64,000 nt of DNA. It comes from Euryarchaeota archaeon UBA251 (GTDB lineage: Archaea > Thermoplasmatota > Poseidoniia > Poseidoniales > Thalassarchaeaceae). Position numbers and translations under genes: made by a program. Location of the stretch: NCBI GenBank assembly GCA_002497905.1, contig DAFJ01000073.1:3929-67928 (forward strand), read 5' to 3'. How positions within the stretch are numbered: the stretch's first letter is position 1; each line of letters opens with the position of its first letter. The notes under the pieces were generated by a model. It had not been told where the DNA came from, searched no databases, and saw only the letters and a list, made by a program, of their open reading frames with translations. Below are positions 27,647 through 38,064 of this stretch, piece after piece.

Positions 27647-29143
27647 ATGATGGCTAACCACGACAAGGCGAAGCGCGGAATCCCCCCAAAGGCGGATTTC
27701 AACGCCTGGTACCCTGCTATTGTTGAGATTGCAGACCTCGTGGATAAGAGATATCCAATCAAGGGCATGGATGTTTGGCGACCTTATGGTTGGCGTGCGA
27801 TGAAGCGTATCGATGCGTTGACACATGCAGAGATGGAACGGACAGGTCACGACGAAGTGCACTTTCCATTACTTATCCCTGAGGATTTGTTGGAGAAAGA
27901 GAACCGTCTCGTTGCTCTTCTCAAGGCGGCTCGTGAGGCAGGCGTGGATCCATCTGAACTTCGTATGGATGAGGAGCTTGCTGGATTCAAGAAGGAGGTC
28001 TATTGGGTCAAACATGCGGGAGAGAATGACCTCGATGTCCCCATGTTCTTGCGCCCTACCTCTGAGACGGCGATGTACACCATGTTTCCACTTTGGGTCC
28101 GCAGTCATGCGGATTTACCTTTGAAGACCTATCAGATTGTCAACACGTTTCGATATGAGACGAAGCAGACTCGCTCATTCATACGTGTTCGTGAAATTCA
28201 CTTCTTTGAAGCTCATACCGCTCATGTAGACGAGGATGATGCCACTCGCCAGATTGAGGAAGATCTTGAGATTGTTGCGAATATCATGAACGATCTGGGC
28301 CTCCCATATATTGCCTCACGCCGTCCTGTATGGGATACCTTCCCCGGTGCCTGGTACACAATCGGAATCGATGTAATCATGCCCAATGGGCGCACCCTTC
28401 AGGTTGCATCTTGTCATCACTATCGTGATCAATGGGCTCAGGCTTTCGACCTGACCTATGAAGCAGAAGATCGGACTACGAAGTACTGTCATCAGACTAC
28501 CTACGGCATGTCTGAGCGACTTCTAGGCGCCGTTGTCGGCATGCATGGTGATGACGCCGGGCTAATCATGCCACCTTCAATGGCACCTATCCAAGTAGTT
28601 CTCATTCCAGTTGCGGCTCACAAGACAGAGGCGGTAATGGAGACAATACATGAAGTCAATAATCGGTTGAAAGCTATTGGAATTAGAACCCATATCGATG
28701 ATCGTGATGTCCGTCCTGGACAGAAGTACTATGATTGGGAAATTAAGGGCGTACCTCTTCGTCTCGACATTGGTCCACGTGATGTCGAGAATGGGAATGC
28801 CTTCGCCGCTCGTAGAACCGGTGGGAAGCAACCAATTCCACTTTCTGATATCGAATCCTCCGTCCGTTCTGAACTTGCTGAGATTCAGGCTACGTTGGTC
28901 GGCCTTTCTGAAGAGCATCGCAATTCCATTGTACGATCAGTATCAAATCTCAACGAACTGGAGGGTGAAAACGCAATCTTTGAAGTTGCCTTTTGTGGGA
29001 CTGACGCAGATGCAGAGATACTTGAGAAGTCATCTGGCCTTACTCTTCTCGGTGAGGCTCTGGAGCCCTTTGGAGAGGCGAGGCCCTGCATTGTTACCGG
29101 GGAGATGACTACGATGCGTCAACATCTTGCGCGGATGTATTGA
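27647..29143 (+). CDS. proS: Proline--tRNA ligase (archaeal/eukaryotic type)
   Basis: FNAWYPAIVEIADLVDKRYPIKGMDVWRPYGW, FLRPTSETAMY, TFRYETKQTRSFIRVREIHFFEAHT, and a C-terminal Zn-binding-type domain. Start taken at ATG 27647; the track start 27620 is a TTG overlapping the coaBC stop. Confidence 0.92.
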   Translation: MMANHDKAKRGIPPKADFNAWYPAIVEIADLVDKRYPIKGMDVWRPYGWRAMKRIDALTHAEMERTGHDEVHFPLLIPEDLLEKENRLVALLKAAREAGVDPSELRMDEELAGFKKEVYWVKHAGENDLDVPMFLRPTSETAMYTMFPLWVRSHADLPLKTYQIVNTFRYETKQTRSFIRVREIHFFEAHTAHVDEDDATRQIEEDLEIVANIMNDLGLPYIASRRPVWDTFPGAWYTIGIDVIMPNGRTLQVASCHHYRDQWAQAFDLTYEAEDRTTKYCHQTTYGMSERLLGAVVGMHGDDAGLIMPPSMAPIQVVLIPVAAHKTEAVMETIHEVNNRLKAIGIRTHIDDRDVRPGQKYYDWEIKGVPLRLDIGPRDVENGNAFAARRTGGKQPIPLSDIESSVRSELAEIQATLVGLSEEHRNSIVRSVSNLNELEGENAIFEVAFCGTDADAEILEKSSGLTLLGEALEPFGEARPCIVTGEMTTMRQHLARMY

Positions 29144-29178
29144 TTAGGCCAGCATCTGAAAGCGATGATTTGTCGCAA

Positions 29179-29730
29179 TTAGCGACGTCGCATGAAGCCG
29201 AAGGCCAATAGGAGTGCGCTAGCGCCAACGAGTACCATGTCGGGAATCCCCCAAGTACCTACAGGACTCCAGCCTAGTTTGTCCGCAGTAAGGTGAGCGC
29301 TGGCCCAGTTGAGTTTGAGCGATATTCCACAGGTATCGTGCACTGTGTCTGCACAGGTTGGGAGGACATTGCCGAGGCCCCAGTAAACGTTTGCAAGTCC
29401 AATGCCAAGACCACCTATGCCTCCTAATGTGAGCATAAGTCCCATCTTTCCTGATGAGGATTTTCTACTAGATTTACGAGCCGAAGCAGAATCGATTGAA
29501 GCACGTACTACTGGCACTATTTCGGGGATGACCTCGACCATCTCAAGATCCAAATCGGGTTCATCTGATGCAGGCTCAGGGATGATTTCCTCACCTAGGA
29601 GTTCAAGAACAGATTCACCATACATCCGAAGTGCAAGTTTCCTTAGATCTGGACTTGCACGGATAGCCTCGAGTTCTTCCGCTGAGATGTTGCCATCCAG
29701 CAAATCTCGGAGTGGGTCATCCTCGGACAT
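29179..29730 (-). CDS. Hypothetical membrane protein (acidic N-terminus, two TM segments, C-terminal RRR)
   Basis: ORF fills the gap. TM segments GLMLTLGGIGGLGIGLANVYW and MVLVGASALLLAFGFMRRR. No family recognised. Confidence 0.5.
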   Translation of the reverse strand: MSEDDPLRDLLDGNISAEELEAIRASPDLRKLALRMYGESVLELLGEEIIPEPASDEPDLDLEMVEVIPEIVPVVRASIDSASARKSSRKSSSGKMGLMLTLGGIGGLGIGLANVYWGLGNVLPTCADTVHDTCGISLKLNWASAHLTADKLGWSPVGTWGIPDMVLVGASALLLAFGFMRRR

Positions 29731-29783
29731 TGTCCTCTTCCACCCGCTACCCGTTCATTAGGGCATTGCAAACTCAGAACGCC

Positions 29784-30725
29784 TCATACGTTTCGTCGTC
29801 TAATAGCAGTCTTCGCAGCATCGACGATGTCGTTAGCCGTTAAGCCGTAATGTTCCATCAACTCCGCTGGTTGCCCACTCATCCCATAGGTGTCCTTGAC
29901 ACCGACGCGTTCGAGTGGGACTGGATGATGTGCAGTCAGGCTTTCAGCGACAGCCCCTCCGAGTCCACCAATAATGGAGTGATCTTCTGCAGTGACTACA
30001 GCTCCACAACTTTCGGAGATACGCTTCATCTCATCATGATCGAATGGTTTCAGTGTGTGTACATCAACTACAGTTGCGTGTACACCTTCACCTGCGAGTG
30101 TCTCAGCGGCATCAAGCGCTTCTTGAACCATAACTCCACAGGCCAAGATTGCAACATCACTGCCTTCAGTCAACACGGAGAATTCACCGATTTTCAATTT
30201 AGCAGCCTCCTCATCTGTGTAGATTTGCCTTGTCTTATTTCTGACAGTTCGTGTGTAGGATGCTGAACCGTGATTCACCAGTGCTTTCGTTAATGCTCGG
30301 GTTGAAGATGCATCACAGGGGTGCATCACAGTCATGTTAGGTAGGGTTCGATAGATGGCTAAGTCCTCGATGGATTGTGCCGATGAACCGTCAGTACCAG
30401 TATGTATCCCACCATGACTTCCACAAATATGTGCTACCAATCCAGGTCGAGCAATCCCGTTACGGACTTGTTCAAAACCTCGTTCAGTGAAAATTGCGAA
30501 GGTAGAGGCGAAAGGAATCATTCCAGTGGATGCTAGTCCTGCGGCGACAAGCATCATATTCTGTTCTGCAATGCCCATTGAGAATGTGCGTTGAGGATGT
30601 TCAGAGCGGAAAAGACAAGACTTGGTGGACTTGCCCAGATCCGCTTCAAGAACGACGACTCTCTCATCTTCAGCGAGGTCGAGGAGAGCGGCTCCATAGC
30701 CGTCGCGACTTGCAGCGCCTGTCAT
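29784..30725 (-). CDS. Transketolase, C-terminal section (pyrimidine-binding + C-terminal domains)
   Basis: FSMGIAEQNMMLVAAGLA, GSHGGIHTGTDGSSAQSIEDLAIYRTLPNMTV. The ATG overlaps the stop of the N-terminal-section gene (ATGA). Confidence 0.9.
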   Translation of the reverse strand: MTGAASRDGYGAALLDLAEDERVVVLEADLGKSTKSCLFRSEHPQRTFSMGIAEQNMMLVAAGLASTGMIPFASTFAIFTERGFEQVRNGIARPGLVAHICGSHGGIHTGTDGSSAQSIEDLAIYRTLPNMTVMHPCDASSTRALTKALVNHGSASYTRTVRNKTRQIYTDEEAAKLKIGEFSVLTEGSDVAILACGVMVQEALDAAETLAGEGVHATVVDVHTLKPFDHDEMKRISESCGAVVTAEDHSIIGGLGGAVAESLTAHHPVPLERVGVKDTYGMSGQPAELMEHYGLTANDIVDAAKTAIRRRNV

Positions 30726-31558
30726 GCCAACTCCTCCATAGCGAGTTTGAATTCCTCATCGTCGGGGGCTTTTCCGTGGAAGGATGGATTGTTCTCCATG
30801 AAACTCACACCCTTCCCCTTTGTAGTTCGAGCTAGGATGACGCAAGGTCCAACAGTGGTTTTTGACCACTCAATTGCTTCCGCAATTTCCGTCATGTCGT
30901 GACCGTTCATGTCCCGGACCTTCCATCCGAATGCAGCCCATTTTGCGGACAAATCTCCCATTACCATTTGTTGATCAACGAAGTCGTCGTTCTGAATTCC
31001 ATTCACATCTACAATGACGTTGACGTTCTCTAATCGATGATGAGAAGCAGCCATCGCGGCCTCCCAAATCTCCCCTTCTTGGCATTCTCCATCTCCGAGG
31101 ATGACCCATGAGTGATGGTCACGGCCAGTTAGGCGGCCTGAAATTGCGACGCCTAGTCCGAAGGATAGGCCCATGCCAAGGCTGCCCCCTGAGAAGTCGA
31201 CACCAGGTGTCCATTTCGAATCCACATGCCCTTGGCAGATGCCGTTGAACATGCGATAGGAGTGGAGATCTGTTTCATCGAGAAATCCGAAGGCGTGCAA
31301 CGCAGCGTACATCGCAGGAGATGCATGGCCTTTGGATAGAATGAGACGATCCCTCCCCGGATGTTTCGGTTCGGTCGAGGATACTCGTAAGGTGCGCCCG
31401 TACAATCCTACAATGAGGTCGATTACGGAAAGGCTTCCACCTGGATGTCCTGCATTTGCCCGCTTCACCATCTTGACAATTTCTCGCCGACAACTGCGTG
31501 CAATATCTACCAGTTCATCCACGGATTTTTCAGTGAACTCCGGGGTATCGTCAGACAT
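30722..31558 (-). CDS. Transketolase, N-terminal section (TPP-binding)
   Basis: AGHPGGSLS, ILSKGHASPAMYA, GSLGMGLSFGLGVA, ILGDGECQEGEIWEA. The split-gene arrangement is typical of archaea. Confidence 0.9.
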   Translation of the reverse strand: MSDDTPEFTEKSVDELVDIARSCRREIVKMVKRANAGHPGGSLSVIDLIVGLYGRTLRVSSTEPKHPGRDRLILSKGHASPAMYAALHAFGFLDETDLHSYRMFNGICQGHVDSKWTPGVDFSGGSLGMGLSFGLGVAISGRLTGRDHHSWVILGDGECQEGEIWEAAMAASHHRLENVNVIVDVNGIQNDDFVDQQMVMGDLSAKWAAFGWKVRDMNGHDMTEIAEAIEWSKTTVGPCVILARTTKGKGVSFMENNPSFHGKAPDDEEFKLAMEELA

Positions 31559-31594
31559 GATTAGTCATCATCTGGGAAGGGTCTTTGATGATTC

Positions 31595-33859
31595 TCATCC
31601 ATCTTCTGAATCATCTACGCGCACAGCATCAACAAGGTCGCGACTTCCTTGGGCTACTATTGCCACAGAGTCGTGCAGAAGATCGAGGACAGGCATATCG
31701 AATCCAGGTGGTCGATTTCCATGCAGAGCGTCCTCTTCCTTTCGAGGGAGGGCACGGCTAACTAGATGGATGAAGACGAACACAAACCATAGGAAGAATA
31801 GAGCAGATATCCAAGTAGGCAAAATCGCGAGGGAGCGTTCGACACAGTAGGAAGCCCCCTCACTGTCGACAGCAGTCTGGCTACAAAACCATTCATCTGG
31901 ACGGCGGAGTGGCTTTACCACATCAGAGAGGACGATGAAAAGAGCGACAACAACGCCCATTAGTGCCTCGCCAGCAATGAGGCCCGCTGACAGAAGGACG
32001 CCTCGATCATGGGTTTTCTTGACCTCAATTTCAGCCTCTTCAGACATTTCTCCAATGAGGTCGCCATCAGTGCGCAATCGTGCCGTTCCTAGCATGAAAG
32101 CAGCGATGATGCCGCCAATCATGATACTCGAGGAGAGTTGGAGGGGTAGGTAGATGCCGATTGCGACCGACATTACAGGGAGTTTCTTCCAGATTAACAG
32201 ACCTGCGATGATGAATCCGAGTGTGACCATGGGTAGGTTGATGCTGCCTCCGAATACACCTTGGATGATTGCCCCGATCAGTTCTGCTTGGGGGGCGAGT
32301 AATGCACCACTACAGGCTTCAGCAATCAAATTTGGATCGGTCGGAATTACGCCATCGAGAGCAGGAGGGTCAGCGTAGCATGCTGTCTTCGTAATTCTGA
32401 ATGCGCGGTGTAGAAGGACGACTGTGAAGGGAGCAACCATTGCTCCGACTAGAACCCCCACAACCTCGGCAATCTGTTGTTTCCACGGTGTAGCGCCTAC
32501 GAGATGGCCGGTTTTCAGGTCCTGCATCACGTCTCCAGCTATTGCTGCGTTGACTGCGACAACTGAGGCGATTAGTAGGGTGGCATACATTAGTTCCTCA
32601 GTTTCTAGTCCGAGAGCAAGATCTCCAACTACCCAAACGATGAGTGAGGTCGCCATCAGGGTCGCGATTGTCATACCAGATACAGGTGAGTTGGAAGAAC
32701 CAACAACTCCGGCGATGTAACCTGCAACGGCACTGAAGAAGAATGCGGCGACGGTAAGGAATAGAGCGCCCACAAAGGCGAGTATGATACTTCCAATACT
32801 GTACCAATAGAATAGGAAGGTAAGTACTGCAATTACACCTGCAACATAGAATGTGGTGCGAATATCAATGTCTTGGTCTTCTCTACGGACTACAGCATCC
32901 GAATCGTCAGTTGCTCCCTTGATTGCCTTGGACACGCCAGATGCGATGGTGGTTCGCATTGACCAGAGAGTGTAGATTCCTCCGACTACCATTGCTCCAA
33001 CGCCAACGAAGCGGATGTGTTGTGACCAGAGTGCCATGAAGGCATCAGCTGGATCCATACCCACTGGCCATCCCTGCAGGATTCCGAGAATTGGTACAAG
33101 GATGCCGAAGCCGATGACACCTCCAAGGAAGATGAAGGATGCAATACGAATTCCAACGATGTATCCAACGGATACGAGTGCAAGGCTCATTTCAAATCCG
33201 ATATAGAGGCGCGTTCCGAGAAAATCCATTGCGCCAGAGAGGTGCGGTTCGCCATGCTTACCTATGATTTTGAACCCCTTCGTTACCCAGCCATACATTG
33301 CTCCGAGACCGAGTGCATAGATGATTGCGGTCATCCCAGAACCGCCGCGTTCACCTGCGGCGAGAACTTCCCTACAGGCGACGCCTTCGGGGTATGGTAG
33401 AGCCTCTTCAACGATGAAAATTCGTCTCAGCGTGATTGTGAACATGGTGCCTAGAACACCACCTAGGACAGCGATGATGAATGTCTCAAGTAGGCGCATC
33501 TCCATACCCATTACTAGGAGTGCAGGGACAGTGAATATCACTCCAGCAGCTAACGATTCACCAGCGCTTGCCATGGTTTGTACAAGATTATTTTCAAGAA
33601 TCGATACGTCCTTGAGACGCATTGAACGCAGGATAATCATTGAGAGAACAGCAGCTGGGATTGAAGCACTAACTGTCATGCCTAACTGTAAGCCTAGGTA
33701 AGTGTTCGCTGCAGTCAAAAGGGCACCGAGTACTATGCCGATAAGTAATGCACGGAGGGTGAGTTCGTGAACCGTACTTCCATCATTGCCGAATTCGATG
33801 ATTCGACCGTCCCCCATGCTTCTCCGAATACTATTCACCTCAAGATATCTGCGTATCAT
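31595..33859 (-). CDS. OPT-superfamily oligopeptide transporter
   Basis: Over 14 predicted TM helices. N-terminal block ELTLRALLIGIVLGALLTAANTYLGLQLGMTVSASIPAAVLSM is typical of OPT proteins. Alternative start ATG 33817. Confidence 0.85.
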   Translation of the reverse strand: MIRRYLEVNSIRRSMGDGRIIEFGNDGSTVHELTLRALLIGIVLGALLTAANTYLGLQLGMTVSASIPAAVLSMIILRSMRLKDVSILENNLVQTMASAGESLAAGVIFTVPALLVMGMEMRLLETFIIAVLGGVLGTMFTITLRRIFIVEEALPYPEGVACREVLAAGERGGSGMTAIIYALGLGAMYGWVTKGFKIIGKHGEPHLSGAMDFLGTRLYIGFEMSLALVSVGYIVGIRIASFIFLGGVIGFGILVPILGILQGWPVGMDPADAFMALWSQHIRFVGVGAMVVGGIYTLWSMRTTIASGVSKAIKGATDDSDAVVRREDQDIDIRTTFYVAGVIAVLTFLFYWYSIGSIILAFVGALFLTVAAFFFSAVAGYIAGVVGSSNSPVSGMTIATLMATSLIVWVVGDLALGLETEELMYATLLIASVVAVNAAIAGDVMQDLKTGHLVGATPWKQQIAEVVGVLVGAMVAPFTVVLLHRAFRITKTACYADPPALDGVIPTDPNLIAEACSGALLAPQAELIGAIIQGVFGGSINLPMVTLGFIIAGLLIWKKLPVMSVAIGIYLPLQLSSSIMIGGIIAAFMLGTARLRTDGDLIGEMSEEAEIEVKKTHDRGVLLSAGLIAGEALMGVVVALFIVLSDVVKPLRRPDEWFCSQTAVDSEGASYCVERSLAILPTWISALFFLWFVFVFIHLVSRALPRKEEDALHGNRPPGFDMPVLDLLHDSVAIVAQGSRDLVDAVRVDDSEDG

Positions 33860-33876
33860 TCTGATTTGGGGAGAAT

Positions 33877-33883
33877 GATATAC
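33877..33883 (+). promoter_or_regulatory. Candidate TATA-like box (GATATAC) for P-type ATPase gene in a 45-bp divergent intergenic region
   Basis: Centred 25 nt upstream of ATG 33905. A second A/T box CCATATGA (33885-33892) lies about 30 nt from the opposite-strand OPT ATG 33859. Confidence 0.3.
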
Positions 33884-33904
33884 TCCATATGATTAGGACA
33901 GTAA

Positions 33905-36808
33905 ATGGGCGAGGATTCGGGGGCCAATTCTACTCCCGCCACCACATCTAATTGGCATGTAATGAGTGCCGATGAGGTTCTAGATTTTCTTGATACAAAT
34001 CGGGATGGTCTTAGTGAATCAGAGGCCCTCCGAAGAGCTGCTGAAATTGGCCCTAACAAGTTAGACGAGGAAACCCCTACTCACTGGATATGGAAATTAG
34101 TTGATCAATACCGTGATCCGATGGTTTACCTTCTCCTTGCGGCTGCAGCCATCGCCTTCTTATTCGAACCTGAGGACAAGGGTACTCCAATCTTCATTGT
34201 AATCGCTCTGAGCCTTAACGGAATTTTCGGCTACATGCAGGAGGCGAAGGCTGAGAGGGCGATGGGTAGTCTGAAGGAGATGCTAGTCGGCTCCTGTGTG
34301 GTTCTTAGAGATGGTAAGGACGTTCGTGTAACAACGGAAGAACTCGTGCCTGGAGATCTTGTATTTCTTGATGAAGGTATGAACGTCCCTGCTGATGTAC
34401 GCATTATTGAATCACACAATCTAGCTATCGACGAAGCAACATTGACTGGAGAGTCGAATCCTGTTGCGAAAGTCACTTCATCCTTCTCCGAGGATGTGAT
34501 GCTAGCCGATCGCAAGAATATGGCTCACATGGGTACCGTGGTTTCCTCCGGTCGGGGTTGTGGCGTTGTAGTTGGTACAGGGATGAATACACAATTGGGC
34601 CGTCTCGCGGCTGATCTCGCTAAGGTCGAAGCACCTAAGACACCACTAGAAATCAAGCTCGAGACACTTGGACGATTCTTAGGATACGTCGCTATCTTCG
34701 CAGCATTACTTATCGTAACTCTGAGCCTTGGTAAGGCTTACCTGATTAATGGTATGCGAGGAGATGATCTCTACGCAGTTCTATCTGAACAATTCCTTGT
34801 TGCAGTGGCTATATTCGTGGCTATCGTACCCGAGGGGCTTCCCATCATTCTTGTTATCACCTTGTCAATCGGCATGAGAAATATGGCTAGGCACAGGGCC
34901 ATCATTCGTAAGATGAAAGCTGTTGAGACACTTGGTAGCACGACAGTCATTTGTTCGGACAAGACAGGTACGCTTACTACTGGCGAGATGACTGCACGTC
35001 GTTTTCACTTCAACGGCGTCTCCTATGATGTATCAGGTCGCGGCTTTAATCCTAATGAGGGTGGCCTTCACATTAACGGGGCAAAGGTATCTGAGGCCGA
35101 TCGTGCTGAACTGACGTCCATGCCTGCGTTCCGATGGATGATGGGTAGTGCTTTACTCGCCCAGAATAGTAACGTGCGACAGGCAGGATCCGTTTGGCAA
35201 GGCGTGGGTGACCCGACAGACACTGCATGTGCTGTTCTGGGTTGGAAACTACATTCGTCGGTAGATGATTTCAGGAAAATGCACCCCCGTTTTCGAGAAT
35301 TCCCGTTCGATCGTAGTCGGAAGAGAATGTCGACTATTCACGAATTTGAGGGCAAGCGTCGCCTCTTTGTTAAAGGGGCTGCGGGGAATCTCGCGAAGAT
35401 TTGTGATCGTACGGTTGAGAATGGTGAGATAGTTCCCTTGACTGAAGAGAGATTGCAACGTTTCCGCGAAGCTAACGAAGAGTATGCGGGTGATGCGTTA
35501 CGAATTCTTGGTTTCGCGACACGTGAGATTCATGAAGGCGAGGACATCGATGATGTCGAAGAAGTAGAAAAGGGCCTTATCCTTCTAGGGATAGTCGGCA
35601 TTTCCGATCCTCCGCGAATTGAGGTCCCCCAGGCTATTGCGACCTGCAATGAGGCAGGGATTCGTGTCATCATGATTACTGGAGACCACAAGTCAACCGC
35701 TGAAGCAATAGGTGCGGAGATTGGGATATTCTCAGGAGATGATCTATCCATTCATGGATCCGAACTCCGTGATATGTCTGATGATGAGTTGGATGCTCTT
35801 CTTGATCGTGTAGCAATCTTCTCGAGGACTACTCCTGATCAGAAACTCAGAATCGTCGACCGTCTCCAAAAGCAAGGACATGTCGTTGCAATGACTGGAG
35901 ACGGAGATAATGATGCACCAGCTCTTTCAAAGTCCAATATCGGCATCTCAATGGGCAGAGGTGGTACTGATGTTGCCCGCGATGCCTCGGACATGGTACT
36001 TCAGGACGATGACTTCTCTTCGATTGTCAGTGCCGTGGATCAAGGACGTAGAATATATCAGAACATTCGAAATTTCGTTCGTTATCAGATTAGTACGAAT
36101 GTTGCCGCAGTGACACTTCTCATATTTACTGGAATTTTCTTCGGTTGGACTGGGGAATGGCTTATTCTTACTCCAACTCAATTACTCGTCATCAATATCC
36201 TAATGGACGGTCCTCCAGCGGTTGCTCTAGGCATTGAGGAACAGACAAAGGATGTGATGAAAGAGCCACCTAGATCCATTGACGAAACACTACCTACGCC
36301 GCCCGATATCTTCCTGATTCTTTTCCTTGGATTCATTATGGTCATTGGAACTGCTAGTGTGTTCTATTTCGCAGGCGGGGATATGATTACTAATGCACCT
36401 TGCTCGCCCGGCCCTCTTGGTGAATCAGCATTCGGAGTAGTAGGTGATTGTGATGAGGAAGGGTGGACACATTATGCTGAGGATCGTTTCGCTTCTGCAA
36501 GAACGAGTGCCTTTGCCGTATTCATCTTCTTCCAATTGATGAACGTCATGAATTGCCGTTCGAACGAAGTGTCAGCATTCCGCTTAGGATTAACATCCAA
36601 TAGGTGGATTACCGTCAGTTTTGCGATTTCTACATTCATGCTACTATTCATGGTCCAGTCCCCATCGTTCGCTGGATTCAGAGTCGGAGAGATGGTATCT
36701 ACAGTACCGCTGTCTGGTATTGATTGGTTGGTTGTCTTCATGGTAGCGTCCTCTGTATTTATCGCTGAGGAACTACGCAAACTCTTCTGGCCAAAACCAA
36801 AGGCATGA
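33905..36808 (+). CDS. P-type cation-transporting ATPase, type II (SERCA/PMCA-like, probable Ca2+ pump)
   Basis: LTGESNPV (TGES), PEGLPIILVITLSIG, phosphorylation site ICSDKTGTLT, MITGDHKSTA, hinge MTGDGDNDAPAL. Confidence 0.9.
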   Translation: MGEDSGANSTPATTSNWHVMSADEVLDFLDTNRDGLSESEALRRAAEIGPNKLDEETPTHWIWKLVDQYRDPMVYLLLAAAAIAFLFEPEDKGTPIFIVIALSLNGIFGYMQEAKAERAMGSLKEMLVGSCVVLRDGKDVRVTTEELVPGDLVFLDEGMNVPADVRIIESHNLAIDEATLTGESNPVAKVTSSFSEDVMLADRKNMAHMGTVVSSGRGCGVVVGTGMNTQLGRLAADLAKVEAPKTPLEIKLETLGRFLGYVAIFAALLIVTLSLGKAYLINGMRGDDLYAVLSEQFLVAVAIFVAIVPEGLPIILVITLSIGMRNMARHRAIIRKMKAVETLGSTTVICSDKTGTLTTGEMTARRFHFNGVSYDVSGRGFNPNEGGLHINGAKVSEADRAELTSMPAFRWMMGSALLAQNSNVRQAGSVWQGVGDPTDTACAVLGWKLHSSVDDFRKMHPRFREFPFDRSRKRMSTIHEFEGKRRLFVKGAAGNLAKICDRTVENGEIVPLTEERLQRFREANEEYAGDALRILGFATREIHEGEDIDDVEEVEKGLILLGIVGISDPPRIEVPQAIATCNEAGIRVIMITGDHKSTAEAIGAEIGIFSGDDLSIHGSELRDMSDDELDALLDRVAIFSRTTPDQKLRIVDRLQKQGHVVAMTGDGDNDAPALSKSNIGISMGRGGTDVARDASDMVLQDDDFSSIVSAVDQGRRIYQNIRNFVRYQISTNVAAVTLLIFTGIFFGWTGEWLILTPTQLLVINILMDGPPAVALGIEEQTKDVMKEPPRSIDETLPTPPDIFLILFLGFIMVIGTASVFYFAGGDMITNAPCSPGPLGESAFGVVGDCDEEGWTHYAEDRFASARTSAFAVFIFFQLMNVMNCRSNEVSAFRLGLTSNRWITVSFAISTFMLLFMVQSPSFAGFRVGEMVSTVPLSGIDWLVVFMVASSVFIAEELRKLFWPKPKA

Positions 36809-36851
36809 GCGAGGATTCATGAGTCACAGCCTCGACCCATGACTGTTACTA

Positions 36852-38060
36852 ATGCTAGGTGCAAAGGGCCACTCAGATTGGCGTCGACGCTTTCCAACCG
36901 TCGTCGAGCAACTAGGAGGCATCGACGATATACTCGTTATTGAAGCGGCGAGGAATCTGGAAATAAATGGCCGAGTAAGCAATGATCTAGGCATCAAATT
37001 GCTTTTGGAGGCTGATTTAACCGACCTTCGACTTCTGGGTAAGTCGCTCAAAGTGGCCCGCTTCGAGGAGGAGGTCTATTTCAATTCAAATCTGCATGTC
37101 AATCCAACTAACATATGCGTCCTTGCTTGTCGATTCTGTGCATTTCGTAGAGGTCGGAAGGCAGCTGATGCCTACGCATTATCCGTCGAAGAATATCTTT
37201 CACGAATCCGACCTTTTTCGAGCCGTATCGACGAAGTACATTCCGTCGGAGGACTACATCCAGATTGGACCGTTGAGCATTATGCGGAACTAATCCATTC
37301 TGCGAAGAAAGCGCATCCTCATCTTTCCATGAAGTGTTTGACTGCAGTCGAAGTCAAGCACCTTTCTTCGATGAGTAAGATGACGTTTGTCGAGGTTCTT
37401 TCAACATTGAAGGACGCGGGTTTGACATCATTACCTGGCGGTGGTGCAGAGATTCTTGATGATGGGATTCGTAACATCATTTGTAATGGCAAAGAATCTA
37501 GTGAAGAGTATCTTGATATTCATCGAACGGCACATCATCTCGGTTTACCTACGAACTGTACCATGTTATTCGGGACTGTAGAACGTGCAGAGCATCGAAT
37601 TCGCCACTTGGATCGACTACGCCAACTTCAGGACGATACTGGCGGATTCCAGTGCTTTGTGCCTTACCCGTTCCTTCCTGATAGGTCCCGATTACCTCAG
37701 GCGCAACACTCTACTGGTTCAGAGACGATTCGGATGATTGCAATTTCAAGAATCATGCTAGACAATATCCCTCACATCAAGGCGTACAGGATGAACATTG
37801 GAGACAAACTTGCAGCAATAGCTCTGAATTCTGGTGCAGATGATGTGGATGGCACAGTCGGCCATGAGGAGATCATGCATGAAGCAGGGAGTATGACCTC
37901 CGTTGAGGATGATCTTGATCGTCTTTCACGACTCATCGAGGATGCGGGGGGGGTTCCAATTCGCCGTTCCACAATCTACAATCGATTTCAACGATATATC
38001 CGAAGACCACCTTCTGACGATGACCGTTGGGTTGCATTGCCGATTGCTGAAGGTGTGTGA
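36852..38060 (+). CDS. Radical SAM enzyme of the MqnE/MqnC (CofH/ThiH-like) family, futalosine pathway
   Basis: Cluster motif NPTNICVLACRFCAF (Cx3Cx2C). About 400 aa. Lies immediately upstream (4 nt) of mqnA. I cannot tell MqnE from MqnC by eye. Confidence 0.75.
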   Translation: MLGAKGHSDWRRRFPTVVEQLGGIDDILVIEAARNLEINGRVSNDLGIKLLLEADLTDLRLLGKSLKVARFEEEVYFNSNLHVNPTNICVLACRFCAFRRGRKAADAYALSVEEYLSRIRPFSSRIDEVHSVGGLHPDWTVEHYAELIHSAKKAHPHLSMKCLTAVEVKHLSSMSKMTFVEVLSTLKDAGLTSLPGGGAEILDDGIRNIICNGKESSEEYLDIHRTAHHLGLPTNCTMLFGTVERAEHRIRHLDRLRQLQDDTGGFQCFVPYPFLPDRSRLPQAQHSTGSETIRMIAISRIMLDNIPHIKAYRMNIGDKLAAIALNSGADDVDGTVGHEEIMHEAGSMTSVEDDLDRLSRLIEDAGGVPIRRSTIYNRFQRYIRRPPSDDDRWVALPIAEGV

Positions 38061-38064
38061 AAGG

